Positions 47,127 to 55,578 of a DNA stretch of 64,000 nucleotides are shown one piece after another. The stretch is from a virus (taxonomy: Duplodnaviria > Caudoviricetes): IMG/VR virus record IMGVR_UViG_2974655483_000001, positions 110,671 to 174,670 of that record. One strand, written 5' to 3'. Every line of letters begins with the position of its first letter. Positions within the stretch are counted from its first letter, which is position 1. Under the pieces are notes generated by a model, which ran no database searches, was not told where the DNA came from, and worked only from the letters and a program-made list of their open reading frames with translations. Both the position numbers and the translations under genes were made by a program.

Positions 47127-47783
47127 ATGAAACTTTTTCTGGACTGTTCTGACCCAGAGTTAATTGCCTCTGCATTTGAGACTGGACTAATAGACGGAGT
47201 TACAACAAACCCCAGTCTCATGTTGAAAGCAGGAGAGGATCCTAAGCATATCATCAAAGAAATCTCAGCAATCTTTCCATGGAACTCTTCAGTATCTGCT
47301 GAAGTAGTTGGAGATACTGCAGAAGAGATGCTTGATATGGCACAGGAGTACCTGGAGATCGGACCAAACATTACTATCAAAGTTCCATGCACAGTTGAAG
47401 GACTGAAAGCATGTAGAGAACTAGCAGACGAAGATGTACACGTAAATGTAACATTGATTTTTAGTACAGCACAAGCAATTCTTGCTGCAAAAGCAGGAGC
47501 AACATATGTTTCTCCTTTTGTTGGTCGTGTTTATGATCAGCATTGGAATGGAATCTATTTGATTGAACAGATTGCAGATGTATTTGCAACTCATCAGGTC
47601 AAAACTGAAATCCTTGCAGCATCTATCAGAGATCCTATTCAAGTAACAGATGCCTTTAAAGTGGGTGCTGATATTTGTACAATCCCATTACCCATGTTCT
47701 ATCAACTCTACAAACATATTCTTACCGATAAAGGTCTAGAACAGTTTGATAAAGATTGGACATCACTACAAGAGAAAATCTAA
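47127..47783 (+). CDS. talC: Transaldolase (TalC/FSA family)
   Basis: DGVTTNPSL, IKVP, NVTLIFS, YVSPFVGR, LAASIR. Confidence 0.97.
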   Translation: MKLFLDCSDPELIASAFETGLIDGVTTNPSLMLKAGEDPKHIIKEISAIFPWNSSVSAEVVGDTAEEMLDMAQEYLEIGPNITIKVPCTVEGLKACRELADEDVHVNVTLIFSTAQAILAAKAGATYVSPFVGRVYDQHWNGIYLIEQIADVFATHQVKTEILAASIRDPIQVTDAFKVGADICTIPLPMFYQLYKHILTDKGLEQFDKDWTSLQEKI

Positions 47784-47950
47784 TGCCTAGGTCACAAATG
47801 TTGAAAGTTGATATGGAAGCCCGTCTTTACAAATTAAAGACTGAGTTGTATGAAATGGAAAACCATAAAGGTAAAACTGGGCAATGGTGTGATGGTGCTC
47901 ATCATGCCTACAACGAAGTTCTAAAAGTCCTACAAGAATATCGAGTATGA
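47783..47950 (+). CDS. Hypothetical protein
   Basis: TAATG-coupled 55-aa ORF. Confidence 0.7.
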   Translation: MPRSQMLKVDMEARLYKLKTELYEMENHKGKTGQWCDGAHHAYNEVLKVLQEYRV

Positions 47951-48099
47951 ATAAAAATAATTTAAAAGTCTTGATACACGACCTTGAAGTTGCTTTATAC
48001 GAACTCAAGGCAGAAGTTTACTCCGATACAGAATCCTACCTAGATAGTGAGAATGTGAGACGAGTACACACATACGATGACGACGGAGAAACCGACTAA
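47947..48099 (+). CDS. 50-aa hypothetical protein
   Basis: ATGA-coupled; ELKAEVYSD..SY. Confidence 0.7.
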   Translation: MNKNNLKVLIHDLEVALYELKAEVYSDTESYLDSENVRRVHTYDDDGETD

Positions 48100-48535
48100 T
48101 GAAAAAGAAATTGACTATGAAAACCCCTGGATTTTTGAAGGACAACCTTTTCTATCTAAGGACATTGACGACTATTATGGTTTTGTCTATTGTATTACAA
48201 ATAGTCTCACTGGGAAGAGATACATCGGAAGAAAATATTTTCAGCAGTTACGAAAGCCTAGAACTGGAGGTAGGCGAGTTAAATCTGAAAGTGACTGGAA
48301 ACGATACTACGGAAGCAGTGCTGAATTATCTGAAGAACGGAAGCGGTTCGGGAATCTTGCCTATAAACGGGATATAATCAGCCTACATAAAACCAAGGGA
48401 CTCACAAACTTTGAAGAGACCCGACAATTATTTCTCAATAATGTACTTACGGAGGCATTTGAAGATGGCACACCAGCATTTTACAACTCAAACATCCTTG
48501 GCAGGTACATGCGTAAAGATTATTTTAGACCTTGA
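48077..48535 (+). CDS. GIY-YIG-like nuclease
   Basis: GFVYCITN...RYIGRK, YYGSS, FYN.NI. Confidence 0.75.
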   Translation: MTTEKPTNEKEIDYENPWIFEGQPFLSKDIDDYYGFVYCITNSLTGKRYIGRKYFQQLRKPRTGGRRVKSESDWKRYYGSSAELSEERKRFGNLAYKRDIISLHKTKGLTNFEETRQLFLNNVLTEAFEDGTPAFYNSNILGRYMRKDYFRP

Positions 48536-48569
48536 CGCTCGCTGAGTCGTCTGCTATAATTACAGGGTA
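48532..48569 (+). promoter_or_regulatory. Early sigma70-type promoter
   Basis: TTGACG-N17-TATAAT. Confidence 0.75.
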
Positions 48570-48586
48570 GTCAAGGAGAGTTCAAC

Positions 48587-48739
48587 ATGAACACAGAGTT
48601 CTACGAGGCATTGAGTAACGAAGACGCACTGCTCGACTTATTTGTTGATCAGTTACATCGTTTTGCTGAATTGGAATTGGAAGAACCTAAGACTACTACT
48701 GGGTCAGTAGCTCAGATGGATAGAGCAACTGCCTTCTAA
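48587..48739 (+). CDS. 50-aa acidic protein overlapping the tRNA
   Basis: AAGGAG RBS; reads through the 5' half of the tRNA and stops at TAA in the anticodon loop. Confidence 0.6.
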   Translation: MNTEFYEALSNEDALLDLFVDQLHRFAELELEEPKTTTGSVAQMDRATAF

Positions 48740-48774
48740 GCAGTCGGTCACAGGTTCGAGTCCTGTCTGACCCG
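48701..48774 (+). tRNA. tRNA-Arg (anticodon UCU)
   Basis: GGGTCAG/CTGACCC acceptor stem, ACTGC-CTTCTAA-GCAGT anticodon arm, GGTTCGAGTCC T arm; CCA not encoded. Confidence 0.95.
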
Positions 48775-48813
48775 TTGCCCTTCGGGGCATATGGTCTACC
48801 AGAGGTAAAGCAT

Positions 48814-49023
48814 ATGACTACAACGCAGAAGTTTTCTTCCTGTCTCGACATCCTTTCGGAAGCAGTTGACAGACAAGTAACACTTGACATTGAGTATCCT
48901 ATTCTTTATAATAAAGTTGTGAAATTTTACGAGGAGAAAGGTGTCAGTTTTTACGGTGATGTAGACGAAAATTATTTTATCCTTTTGAGTAAACTAGAAC
49001 AAGACCTTTGTTATGTCAATTAA
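48814..49023 (+). CDS. Hypothetical protein
   Basis: GAGGT RBS before ATG 48814. Confidence 0.7.
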   Translation: MTTTQKFSSCLDILSEAVDRQVTLDIEYPILYNKVVKFYEEKGVSFYGDVDENYFILLSKLEQDLCYVN

Positions 49024-49375
49024 AAAGATAGTTGCTAAGTACGTCTCTCTAATCCAAAAGATTCCAGAGAGGCATTACTGGCCTATTTTTATTATCTTAT
49101 CTTTATACTTCATCGTTCCGATGAGTGAGATTACAGTCACACTTGCAGCAATCCTCTATTTCAAATTTGAAAAGAGGATCGCCCCAGTGGTAGGCAAACT
49201 CACCAAGAGATTGCCTAACTGGTTGAGGTTTGGTGGTAGTGTCATCTTCTTCCTTGTGATGATTGATGACACCTTGTTCTATTTTGCCTTGATTGCTCTA
49301 GCATTCTGGAGCAGTCGGCAGATCAAAAACCAAAGTGGCACACCCTCTTCACAAGATGATGACGGTGTGCTATAA
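49013..49375 (+). CDS. Multi-TM membrane protein
   Basis: Several hydrophobic segments. Confidence 0.7.
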   Translation: MSIKKIVAKYVSLIQKIPERHYWPIFIILSLYFIVPMSEITVTLAAILYFKFEKRIAPVVGKLTKRLPNWLRFGGSVIFFLVMIDDTLFYFALIALAFWSSRQIKNQSGTPSSQDDDGVL

Positions 49376-49397
49376 TTAAAAGGTACTCAGGAAATCT

Positions 49398-49643
49398 ATG
49401 AAAACACTCCCCAAAGTTCTTCTTGAACGCTCTCCTTATCGGTATGTCTCTATAGGAGTATTAGAAAATGGGTTCCCTGATTACCGAATCCAAAAGTTTG
49501 ATGAGTGGACCAAGCGTTATAGGGACATGTATCTCTGTGACAATGGTATGCAAATCACCACTGCTATGGAAGACTTTGAATACACCAAATGGTTAGACCC
49601 TGAAGGTGTTCCATGTTACATTCGCGACTCAGTAAAACTATGA
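49398..49643 (+). CDS. Conserved hypothetical protein
   Basis: Early-type promoter at 49333-49376; PDYRIQK, DMYLCDN, YTKWLDP. Confidence 0.75.
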   Translation: MKTLPKVLLERSPYRYVSIGVLENGFPDYRIQKFDEWTKRYRDMYLCDNGMQITTAMEDFEYTKWLDPEGVPCYIRDSVKL

Positions 49644-49924
49644 ATTCTTATCAAAAAGCAATCAAAGCACTTGAAGAATGCGTCAAAGACGCTATGGAAA
49701 ACGATGTTGACCCTGGTCTTCAGATGGAAATCTGGCGTCACTATCAGGGGTTAAAATCAATCCAACGCCAACTTCCTAAAGAGACTAACCTATCATTCAA
49801 ACTGGATGGTATCGATCGTGTGATGGAAATGTATGACTCTGAGTACCCTACTCAAGCAGCACAACCTGTTGATGTTGGACTTGGAGGTTTTGGTCAGGGA
49901 AATGATGTGATCACCTTTGGATAG
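49640..49924 (+). CDS. Hypothetical protein
   Basis: ATGA-coupled. Confidence 0.7.
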   Translation: MNSYQKAIKALEECVKDAMENDVDPGLQMEIWRHYQGLKSIQRQLPKETNLSFKLDGIDRVMEMYDSEYPTQAAQPVDVGLGGFGQGNDVITFG

Positions 49925-50064
49925 TCTTTGCCAATAGACTCTAAACTAGATGGTTTTTGACTGTATGGCAGTCGCATATAGGGTAACTAGTTTCTTTATT
50001 TTCTGCTCCAAAATAAAGTGGCGTGCATGACACCTCTACTGTAGGACCCATATGGGTCCTTTTT
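49923..50064 (+). ncRNA. Structured ncRNA, manA/wcaG-motif-like
   Basis: Multiple stems, GTTTC-stem-TGGCG element, terminal AGGACCC/GGGTCCT terminator. Confidence 0.55.
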
Positions 50065-50071
50065 ATTAACT

Positions 50072-50620
50072 ATGCATTTTTTATTAGACCAAGTTATATT
50101 AGTTGCTCAGATAGATCCTGAAGCGTTTCAGGAGTTGTCTGACCATGCTTATGATGCATTGGAGAGAAAGCATCCTTTGAGAGATGATCCTTTAGTCTCT
50201 CTTAAAGAAGAGTATCTATTAGACGTTCCTTATAAATTTGAGGAATGGATAACAAAGACCATCGATGAACAATTTCTTTTACATAAAGAAAGGAGTGGTA
50301 TTTATGGTGTTGACCACACAAAACTAAAAATGAAAGGTCTTTGGGTAAATAGAATGCATAAGGGAGATCAACATTTCCCTCATCAACATGATAGTTCTTT
50401 CTACTCTTTCTCTGCCTACATTAAGACCACTGCCGATGATGCTCCATTCTTGTTTATTAAGAATGATCAGGGACGACCTGTCAATATTGGTGAGGAAAGT
50501 ATGGGACATGTTCTTATCTTTCCATCAACATTAGTTCATACGGTCTATCCAAAACAAACGGATGGTGAACGCATATCTGTGTCAGGTAACATCATTATTG
50601 ATACCTTGACAAATCTATAG
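50072..50620 (+). CDS. 2OG-Fe(II) oxygenase-like protein
   Basis: WVN...PHQH, IFPS.L.H.V.P, RISVSGN. Confidence 0.85.
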   Translation: MHFLLDQVILVAQIDPEAFQELSDHAYDALERKHPLRDDPLVSLKEEYLLDVPYKFEEWITKTIDEQFLLHKERSGIYGVDHTKLKMKGLWVNRMHKGDQHFPHQHDSSFYSFSAYIKTTADDAPFLFIKNDQGRPVNIGEESMGHVLIFPSTLVHTVYPKQTDGERISVSGNIIIDTLTNL

Positions 50621-50634
50621 ATTTGCTATATAAT
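50606..50634 (+). promoter_or_regulatory. Consensus sigma70 promoter for hli genes
   Basis: TTGACA-N17-TATAAT. Confidence 0.75.
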
Positions 50635-50660
50635 TAGGACATAAATCTTTACAAAAGGAA

Positions 50661-50879
50661 ATGACTGTAACAACCAATGAGCAAGGACAACAAAACTTGT
50701 TCGCTAAAGAACCCACCATGTACATGTCAAAGGAATCCCTTGACAGATACGGCATCGAGACCTATGCTGAAAGAGCAGAAAAACTCAATGGTCGTACCGC
50801 TATGATTGGATTTGCAGCAGCAGTTATTTCATATGCGACTACTGGCAGTGTATTTTTCTTTGGTGCCTTCGGCATCTAA
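50661..50879 (+). CDS. hli: High-light inducible protein
   Basis: NLFAKEP, AEKLNGRTAMIGF. Confidence 0.93.
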   Translation: MTVTTNEQGQQNLFAKEPTMYMSKESLDRYGIETYAERAEKLNGRTAMIGFAAAVISYATTGSVFFFGAFGI

Positions 50880-50907
50880 TCAATTCAACTCTACTAAGGA
50901 CAAAACA

Positions 50908-51015
50908 ATGAACGAAAACGCAGAACGCATCAACGGTTGGGCAGCAATGATTGGAGTCATCGCTGCTCTTGGAGCATATGCTCTGACAGGTCAAATCATT
51001 CCTGGTATCTGGTGA
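50908..51015 (+). CDS. hli: High-light inducible protein (35 aa)
   Basis: AERINGWAAMIG...TGQIIPGIW. Confidence 0.93.
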   Translation: MNENAERINGWAAMIGVIAALGAYALTGQIIPGIW

Positions 51016-51039
51016 TAAATACATTTTTGAGTACGATAA

Positions 51040-51177
51040 ATGCCTACTGATCTCTATCAAGACATGGAAACACTCAATGCTCTTTACGAAGAACTATGTT
51101 GGGATCCAGAAAAACCTTTAGAGTTTAAGGCAGACTATGAGAATGATAGAATTATCATCAAACTCAAGAAGGACTAA
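51040..51177 (+). CDS. 45-aa hypothetical protein
   Basis: MPTDLYQDMETLNALYEELCWDPEKPLEF...; ATAAATA upstream. Confidence 0.65.
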   Translation: MPTDLYQDMETLNALYEELCWDPEKPLEFKADYENDRIIIKLKKD

Positions 51178-51267
51178 ATAAAAACATATCGTCGTCGCAA
51201 CCAACGGGGTAACTGGCACAATCCAGTTGACACCCCGTTTTTTATGTGATATAGTAATGAGGTTCTG

Positions 51268-51840
51268 ATGAAATCCATGTCGTATCCTATCATTGCTGCA
51301 GCAGTCGCAGTGGCAGCACCATTCCTAATGACTCTTCCAGAGGCACCACCTGAGGTTGTTTCTATTCCAGTTGTAGAGAGTGAATGGAAGTGCCCTGACT
51401 GCACCACTGAGGAGCAGTATGTACTTGCAAAACTGCAAGAGAAGACAAAAATTACTGATAAGAATGCTCTTGCTACGATCATGGGTAACATCAAACAGGA
51501 GAGTAAGTTCATCTCTAATATTTGTGAAGGTGGTGCTCGCGTCTCCTATACTGAATGTAAGTCTGGTGGATTTGGTTTGATTCAGTGGACCAGCATCGGT
51601 CGTTACAAGGGTCTTGGTAACTTCTGTGCCAGGTTCTCTTGTGACCCATCTTCACTCGAAGGTCAAACTCGTTACATGATTAACGAACCTATCTTCCAAC
51701 GTGTCCTTCCTGAGTTTGAGGGTAGTGGACAAAGCATTTCTCAATACATGGTTCCTGCTTACTACTGGTTAGGTTGGGGAATCAAAGGTAATCGTGAAGT
51801 CTATGCTTACGATTATGAGAGCAAACTCACTTGGGTATAA
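51268..51840 (+). CDS. Lysozyme-like protein (phage tail-tip lysozyme family)
   Basis: ALATIMGNIKQES, GFGLIQWT..GR; hydrophobic N-terminus. Confidence 0.8.
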   Translation: MKSMSYPIIAAAVAVAAPFLMTLPEAPPEVVSIPVVESEWKCPDCTTEEQYVLAKLQEKTKITDKNALATIMGNIKQESKFISNICEGGARVSYTECKSGGFGLIQWTSIGRYKGLGNFCARFSCDPSSLEGQTRYMINEPIFQRVLPEFEGSGQSISQYMVPAYYWLGWGIKGNREVYAYDYESKLTWV

Positions 51841-51858
51841 TTACTCAACTGTTATTGG

Positions 51859-51892
51859 TTGACAGATTTGGAACTTCCTGCTATACTAAATA
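51859..51892 (+). promoter_or_regulatory. psbA promoter: sigma70-type with overlapping late-type element
   Basis: TTGACA-N17-TATACT overlapping CTAAATA. Confidence 0.7.
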
Positions 51893-51948
51893 GGTCAGCA
51901 AGTTAAGGAACCAACACATTTCTTAACAAGACTTAACACCCCACAAAC

Positions 51949-52045
51949 CAAGACCTATAGGGTGTATAAAAACGTCTTTCATATCCTTGCCTTAGGGTGG
52001 CGAGGAAATAGTAAAACCATCATCTCCCTGATGATCTTACTTTTT
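51949..52045 (+). ncRNA. Structured psbA leader (PhotoRC-II-like motif)
   Basis: AGGGTG repeats, TCCTTGCC/GGCGAGGA stem, AGTAA..ATCATC-TCCCT-GATGAT..TTACT stem in the psbA 5' UTR. Confidence 0.7.
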
Positions 52046-52057
52046 TAGTTCAAAACA

Positions 52058-53137
52058 ATGGCTACAACAACTCTTTCAAGACAACAAACCTCTCCATGGA
52101 ATGATTTCTGTGAGTGGGTAACATCAACTAACAATCGTTTGTATGTTGGTTGGTTCGGCGTACTGATGATTCCAACTCTGTTGGCAGCAACCATCTGTTT
52201 CATCGTCGCCTTCGTCGCTGCTCCCCCTGTGGACATCGACGGCATCCGTGAACCCGTCGCTGGTTCACTCATGTATGGCAACAACATCATCTCTGGTGCA
52301 GTTGTTCCATCTTCCAACGCAATTGGTCTTCACTTCTATCCCATCTGGGAAGCCGCATCACTTGATGAGTGGCTGTATAACGGTGGTCCTTTCCAACTCG
52401 TAGTATTCCACTTCCTGATCGGCATCTATGCCTACATGGGACGTGAATGGGAACTCTCTTACCGTCTTGGTATGCGTCCATGGATCTGCGTAGCATACTC
52501 TGCACCTGTTGCAGCAGCATCGGCAGTCTTCCTGGTCTATCCTTTCGGTCAAGGTTCTTTCTCTGACGCAATGCCCTTGGGTATCAGTGGTACATTCAAC
52601 TACATGCTTGTCTTCCAAGCAGAGCACAACATTCTGATGCATCCCTTCCACATGTTGGGTGTCGCAGGTGTCTTCGGTGGTTCACTGTTCAGTGCAATGC
52701 ACGGTTCTTTGGTTACATCTTCACTCGTCCGTGAGACGACTGAAACTGAGTCACAGAACTATGGTTACAAGTTCGGTCAAGAAGAAGAGACATACAACAT
52801 CGTCGCAGCCCATGGTTACTTCGGTCGTTTGATCTTCCAATATGCATCATTCAACAACTCCCGTTCCTTGCACTTCTTCCTCGCTGCATGGCCTGTTGTC
52901 GGCATCTGGTTCACCGCCCTTGGCGTGTCAACCATGGCATTCAACCTGAACGGTTTCAACTTCAACCAGTCCATCCTTGATGGTCAGGGTCGTGTGTTGA
53001 ACACCTGGGCAGACGTTCTGAACCGTGCAGGTTTGGGTATGGAAGTTATGCACGAGCGCAATGCTCACAACTTCCCACTTGACCTGGCAGCTGCCGAGTC
53101 AACTCCTGTTGCTCTTACCGCACCTACTGTCGGTTGA
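52058..53137 (+). CDS. psbA: Photosystem II D1 protein
   Basis: [40 protein letters not shown]. Confidence 0.99.
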   Translation: MATTTLSRQQTSPWNDFCEWVTSTNNRLYVGWFGVLMIPTLLAATICFIVAFVAAPPVDIDGIREPVAGSLMYGNNIISGAVVPSSNAIGLHFYPIWEAASLDEWLYNGGPFQLVVFHFLIGIYAYMGREWELSYRLGMRPWICVAYSAPVAAASAVFLVYPFGQGSFSDAMPLGISGTFNYMLVFQAEHNILMHPFHMLGVAGVFGGSLFSAMHGSLVTSSLVRETTETESQNYGYKFGQEEETYNIVAAHGYFGRLIFQYASFNNSRSLHFFLAAWPVVGIWFTALGVSTMAFNLNGFNFNQSILDGQGRVLNTWADVLNRAGLGMEVMHERNAHNFPLDLAAAESTPVALTAPTVG

Positions 53138-53155
53138 TACCTAACCTGGTATAAT

Positions 53156-53187
53156 AAAGGGGGGGGACTTCGGTCCCCTTTCTTTTT
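53156..53187 (+). terminator. Terminator after psbA
   Basis: GGGGAC-TTCG-GTCCCC + T-rich tail. Confidence 0.85.
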
Positions 53188-53205
53188 CTCTTCATATATT
53201 AAGAT

Positions 53206-53346
53206 ATGATAAGTAAAGATACTCCATCAAAACTTGCCGAGATCATTCGTGATACTTGGCCACAACTATACTGGTTAAAAGATTTAAAAAAGGAAACAAA
53301 AAATGACTACAACAACACTAAAAGCACCAACAAGGGGGTGGTTTGA
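53206..53346 (+). CDS. 46-aa hypothetical protein between psbA and psbD
   Basis: [23 protein letters not shown]... Confidence 0.55.
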   Translation: MISKDTPSKLAEIIRDTWPQLYWLKDLKKETKNDYNNTKSTNKGVV

Positions 53347-54358
53347 TGTCCTGGATGACTGGGTTAAACGCGACCGCTTTGTATTTGTGGGCTGGTCTGG
53401 ACTCCTTCTTCTTCCCACTGCTTATCTTGCCATTGGCGGTTGGCTTACTGGCACAGCTTTTGTTACGAGTTGGTACACCCATGGCCTTGCTAGTTCCTAT
53501 CTTGAAGGTGCTAACTTTCTTACGGCAGCTGTCTCGACGCCTGCTGACGCTATGGGTCATTCTCTTCTTCTACTTTGGGGTCCTGAGTCTCAGGGGAATT
53601 TCCAGCGGTGGTGCCAGATTGGGGGACTCTGGAATTTTGTGGCACTCCACGGAGCCTTTGCTCTCATTGGTTTCATGCTTCGGCAATTTGAACTTGCTCG
53701 CCTGATTGGAATCAGACCCTACAATGCGATTGCTTTCTCTGGTCCTATTGCTGTCTTCGTTAGTGTCTTTCTCATCTACCCTCTGGGTCAATCAAGTTGG
53801 TTCTTCGCTCCCTCCTTTGGGGTAGCAGCAATCTTTAGATTCCTACTCTTCCTCCAGGGCTTTCATAACTGGACTCTAAACCCCTTCCATATGATGGGAG
53901 TTGCTGGTATACTAGGTGGAGCATTGCTATCTGCTATTCACGGAGTTACAGTTGAAAATACATTGTATGAAGATGGAGAACAAGCAAACACCTTTAAGGC
54001 GTTTGATTCGACACAGGAAGAAGAGACTTATTCTATGGTCACTGCAAACCGCTTCTGGTCGCAGATCTTCGGTGTTGCGTTTTCTAACAAGCGGTGGCTT
54101 CATTTCTTCATGCTCTTTGTGCCTGTTATGGGTCTATGGGTCTCCTCTATTGGCATTATTGGGCTTGCTCTTAATCTTCGTGCTTATGATTTTGTAAGTC
54201 AAGAGATTCGTGCAGCAGAAGATCCTGAGTTCGAGACTTTCTATACCAAGAACATCTTATTGAACGAAGGACTACGTGCATGGTTAGCACCTGCCGACCA
54301 ACCTCATGAGAACTTTATCTTCCCTGAAGAAGTTCTACCAAGAGGTAATGCGCTTTAA
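53303..54358 (+). CDS. psbD: Photosystem II D2 protein
   Basis: [34 protein letters not shown]. Confidence 0.99.
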   Translation: MTTTTLKAPTRGWFDVLDDWVKRDRFVFVGWSGLLLLPTAYLAIGGWLTGTAFVTSWYTHGLASSYLEGANFLTAAVSTPADAMGHSLLLLWGPESQGNFQRWCQIGGLWNFVALHGAFALIGFMLRQFELARLIGIRPYNAIAFSGPIAVFVSVFLIYPLGQSSWFFAPSFGVAAIFRFLLFLQGFHNWTLNPFHMMGVAGILGGALLSAIHGVTVENTLYEDGEQANTFKAFDSTQEEETYSMVTANRFWSQIFGVAFSNKRWLHFFMLFVPVMGLWVSSIGIIGLALNLRAYDFVSQEIRAAEDPEFETFYTKNILLNEGLRAWLAPADQPHENFIFPEEVLPRGNAL

Positions 54359-54447
54359 TAAGGATTCTCGTTATTAAAACTTTACCCCAAAACCTTTACA
54401 ACGACAAATAATATGATATAATATGAGGGTTAAACACCCTCTTTTTT

Positions 54448-55146
54448 ATGGAAGTAATTATAGAAGGCAAGGTAAAGACTGTATACCAAGGTGACGACGC
54501 TGATCGTGTCATCATTGAGTATCACGATAAAGTCACTGCTGGTAATGGTGAGATGGTTGACCATCCTTTAGGAAAAGGATCCCTCTGCTGTAGTATCTCA
54601 TCTATCATCTTTGAGAAACTTGCCAAAGAACTTATCCCAACACATTATATTAATATGGTTGGTGCTAATAAGATGATCTGTAGAAAGGTAGACATCGTTC
54701 CACTAGAAGTTATTTGTAGGAATCGTGCTGCTGGATCTATTGTTCGTGAGACAACTTTGGTAGAGGGCACTCCACTACCACAACCGATTGTTGAGTTCTT
54801 TCTGAAGGATGATAGTAAGCATGACCCTCTCCTGACACCAGACCGTGTGCGTCTGATGGGATATGATCCAGAACCCTTCATTGAGATGACATTACGGATT
54901 AACGATTATCTCCGTCAGATGTTTTATATCATGGGTATTGACCTTGTAGATTTTAAAGTTGAGTATGGTTATGATGCTCATGGTGATTTGTATCTTGCCG
55001 ATGAGATTAGTCCTGATAGTATGAGGTTGTGGAAGATTGGTGGTGATGAACGATTTGATAAGGATCTATTCAGAAAGGATGAAGGAGATATTGTACCTGC
55101 CTATCGTGAGATTCTAGATAGACTGCAACCATTAGCAGTCCAATGA
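54448..55146 (+). CDS. purC: SAICAR synthetase
   Basis: EGKVKTVY, PLEVICRNRAAGS, LVDFKVEYG, LADEISPDSMRLW, DKDLFR. Confidence 0.95.
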   Translation: MEVIIEGKVKTVYQGDDADRVIIEYHDKVTAGNGEMVDHPLGKGSLCCSISSIIFEKLAKELIPTHYINMVGANKMICRKVDIVPLEVICRNRAAGSIVRETTLVEGTPLPQPIVEFFLKDDSKHDPLLTPDRVRLMGYDPEPFIEMTLRINDYLRQMFYIMGIDLVDFKVEYGYDAHGDLYLADEISPDSMRLWKIGGDERFDKDLFRKDEGDIVPAYREILDRLQPLAVQ

Positions 55147-55415
55147 AACACCACATCCCTGACATCATTAGAAAGAATTCTTTTGATTGCTTCAAGAGTT
55201 TGAATGCTGCTGAGAGAGCAGTTGTTATGTTTGGTGAGGAAGAGTATCGTAAATCATTAGATCTTGAGAATGATGATGCTCCCTGTTGGAAGATACCAAG
55301 TGGAGAGTCAACATCTTTTGTTGGTTGGAACCCTATGTGTATCCCAACAATGGATTACATCGTATGGAAACTAGACCGTCGTGAAAAAATTGCCAGAGGT
55401 GAAATCATTGGATAA
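55143..55415 (+). CDS. Hypothetical protein
   Basis: ATGA-coupled to purC. Confidence 0.7.
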   Translation: MKHHIPDIIRKNSFDCFKSLNAAERAVVMFGEEEYRKSLDLENDDAPCWKIPSGESTSFVGWNPMCIPTMDYIVWKLDRREKIARGEIIG

Positions 55416-55578
55416 ATTATCTAAAGAAGAGATGAGATCTAAGATCAAAGAGTTCTCTACACTTCTCAAAAGTCAAAGAGAACACTGGGACAAGGAAGAC
55501 AAGATTGGATTTACATATTCTTGTGATCTAATCTCACAATCATTGATTACTTTATACATTCGTTTAGGAAGAGACTGA
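55408..55578 (+). CDS. Hypothetical protein
   Basis: GAGGTG RBS before TTG 55408; TGATG-coupled to purM. Confidence 0.6.
   Translation: MDKLSKEEMRSKIKEFSTLLKSQREHWDKEDKIGFTYSCDLISQSLITLYIRLGRD

Noticed and set aside
48776-48789. Second tRNA after tRNA-Arg
   Set aside because: Only a short TGCCC-TTCG-GGGCA hairpin, no cloverleaf
52058-54358. Group I intron or homing endonuclease at psbA/psbD
   Set aside because: Both ORFs are uninterrupted and of normal length; the intergenic gap holds only a terminator and a tiny ORF
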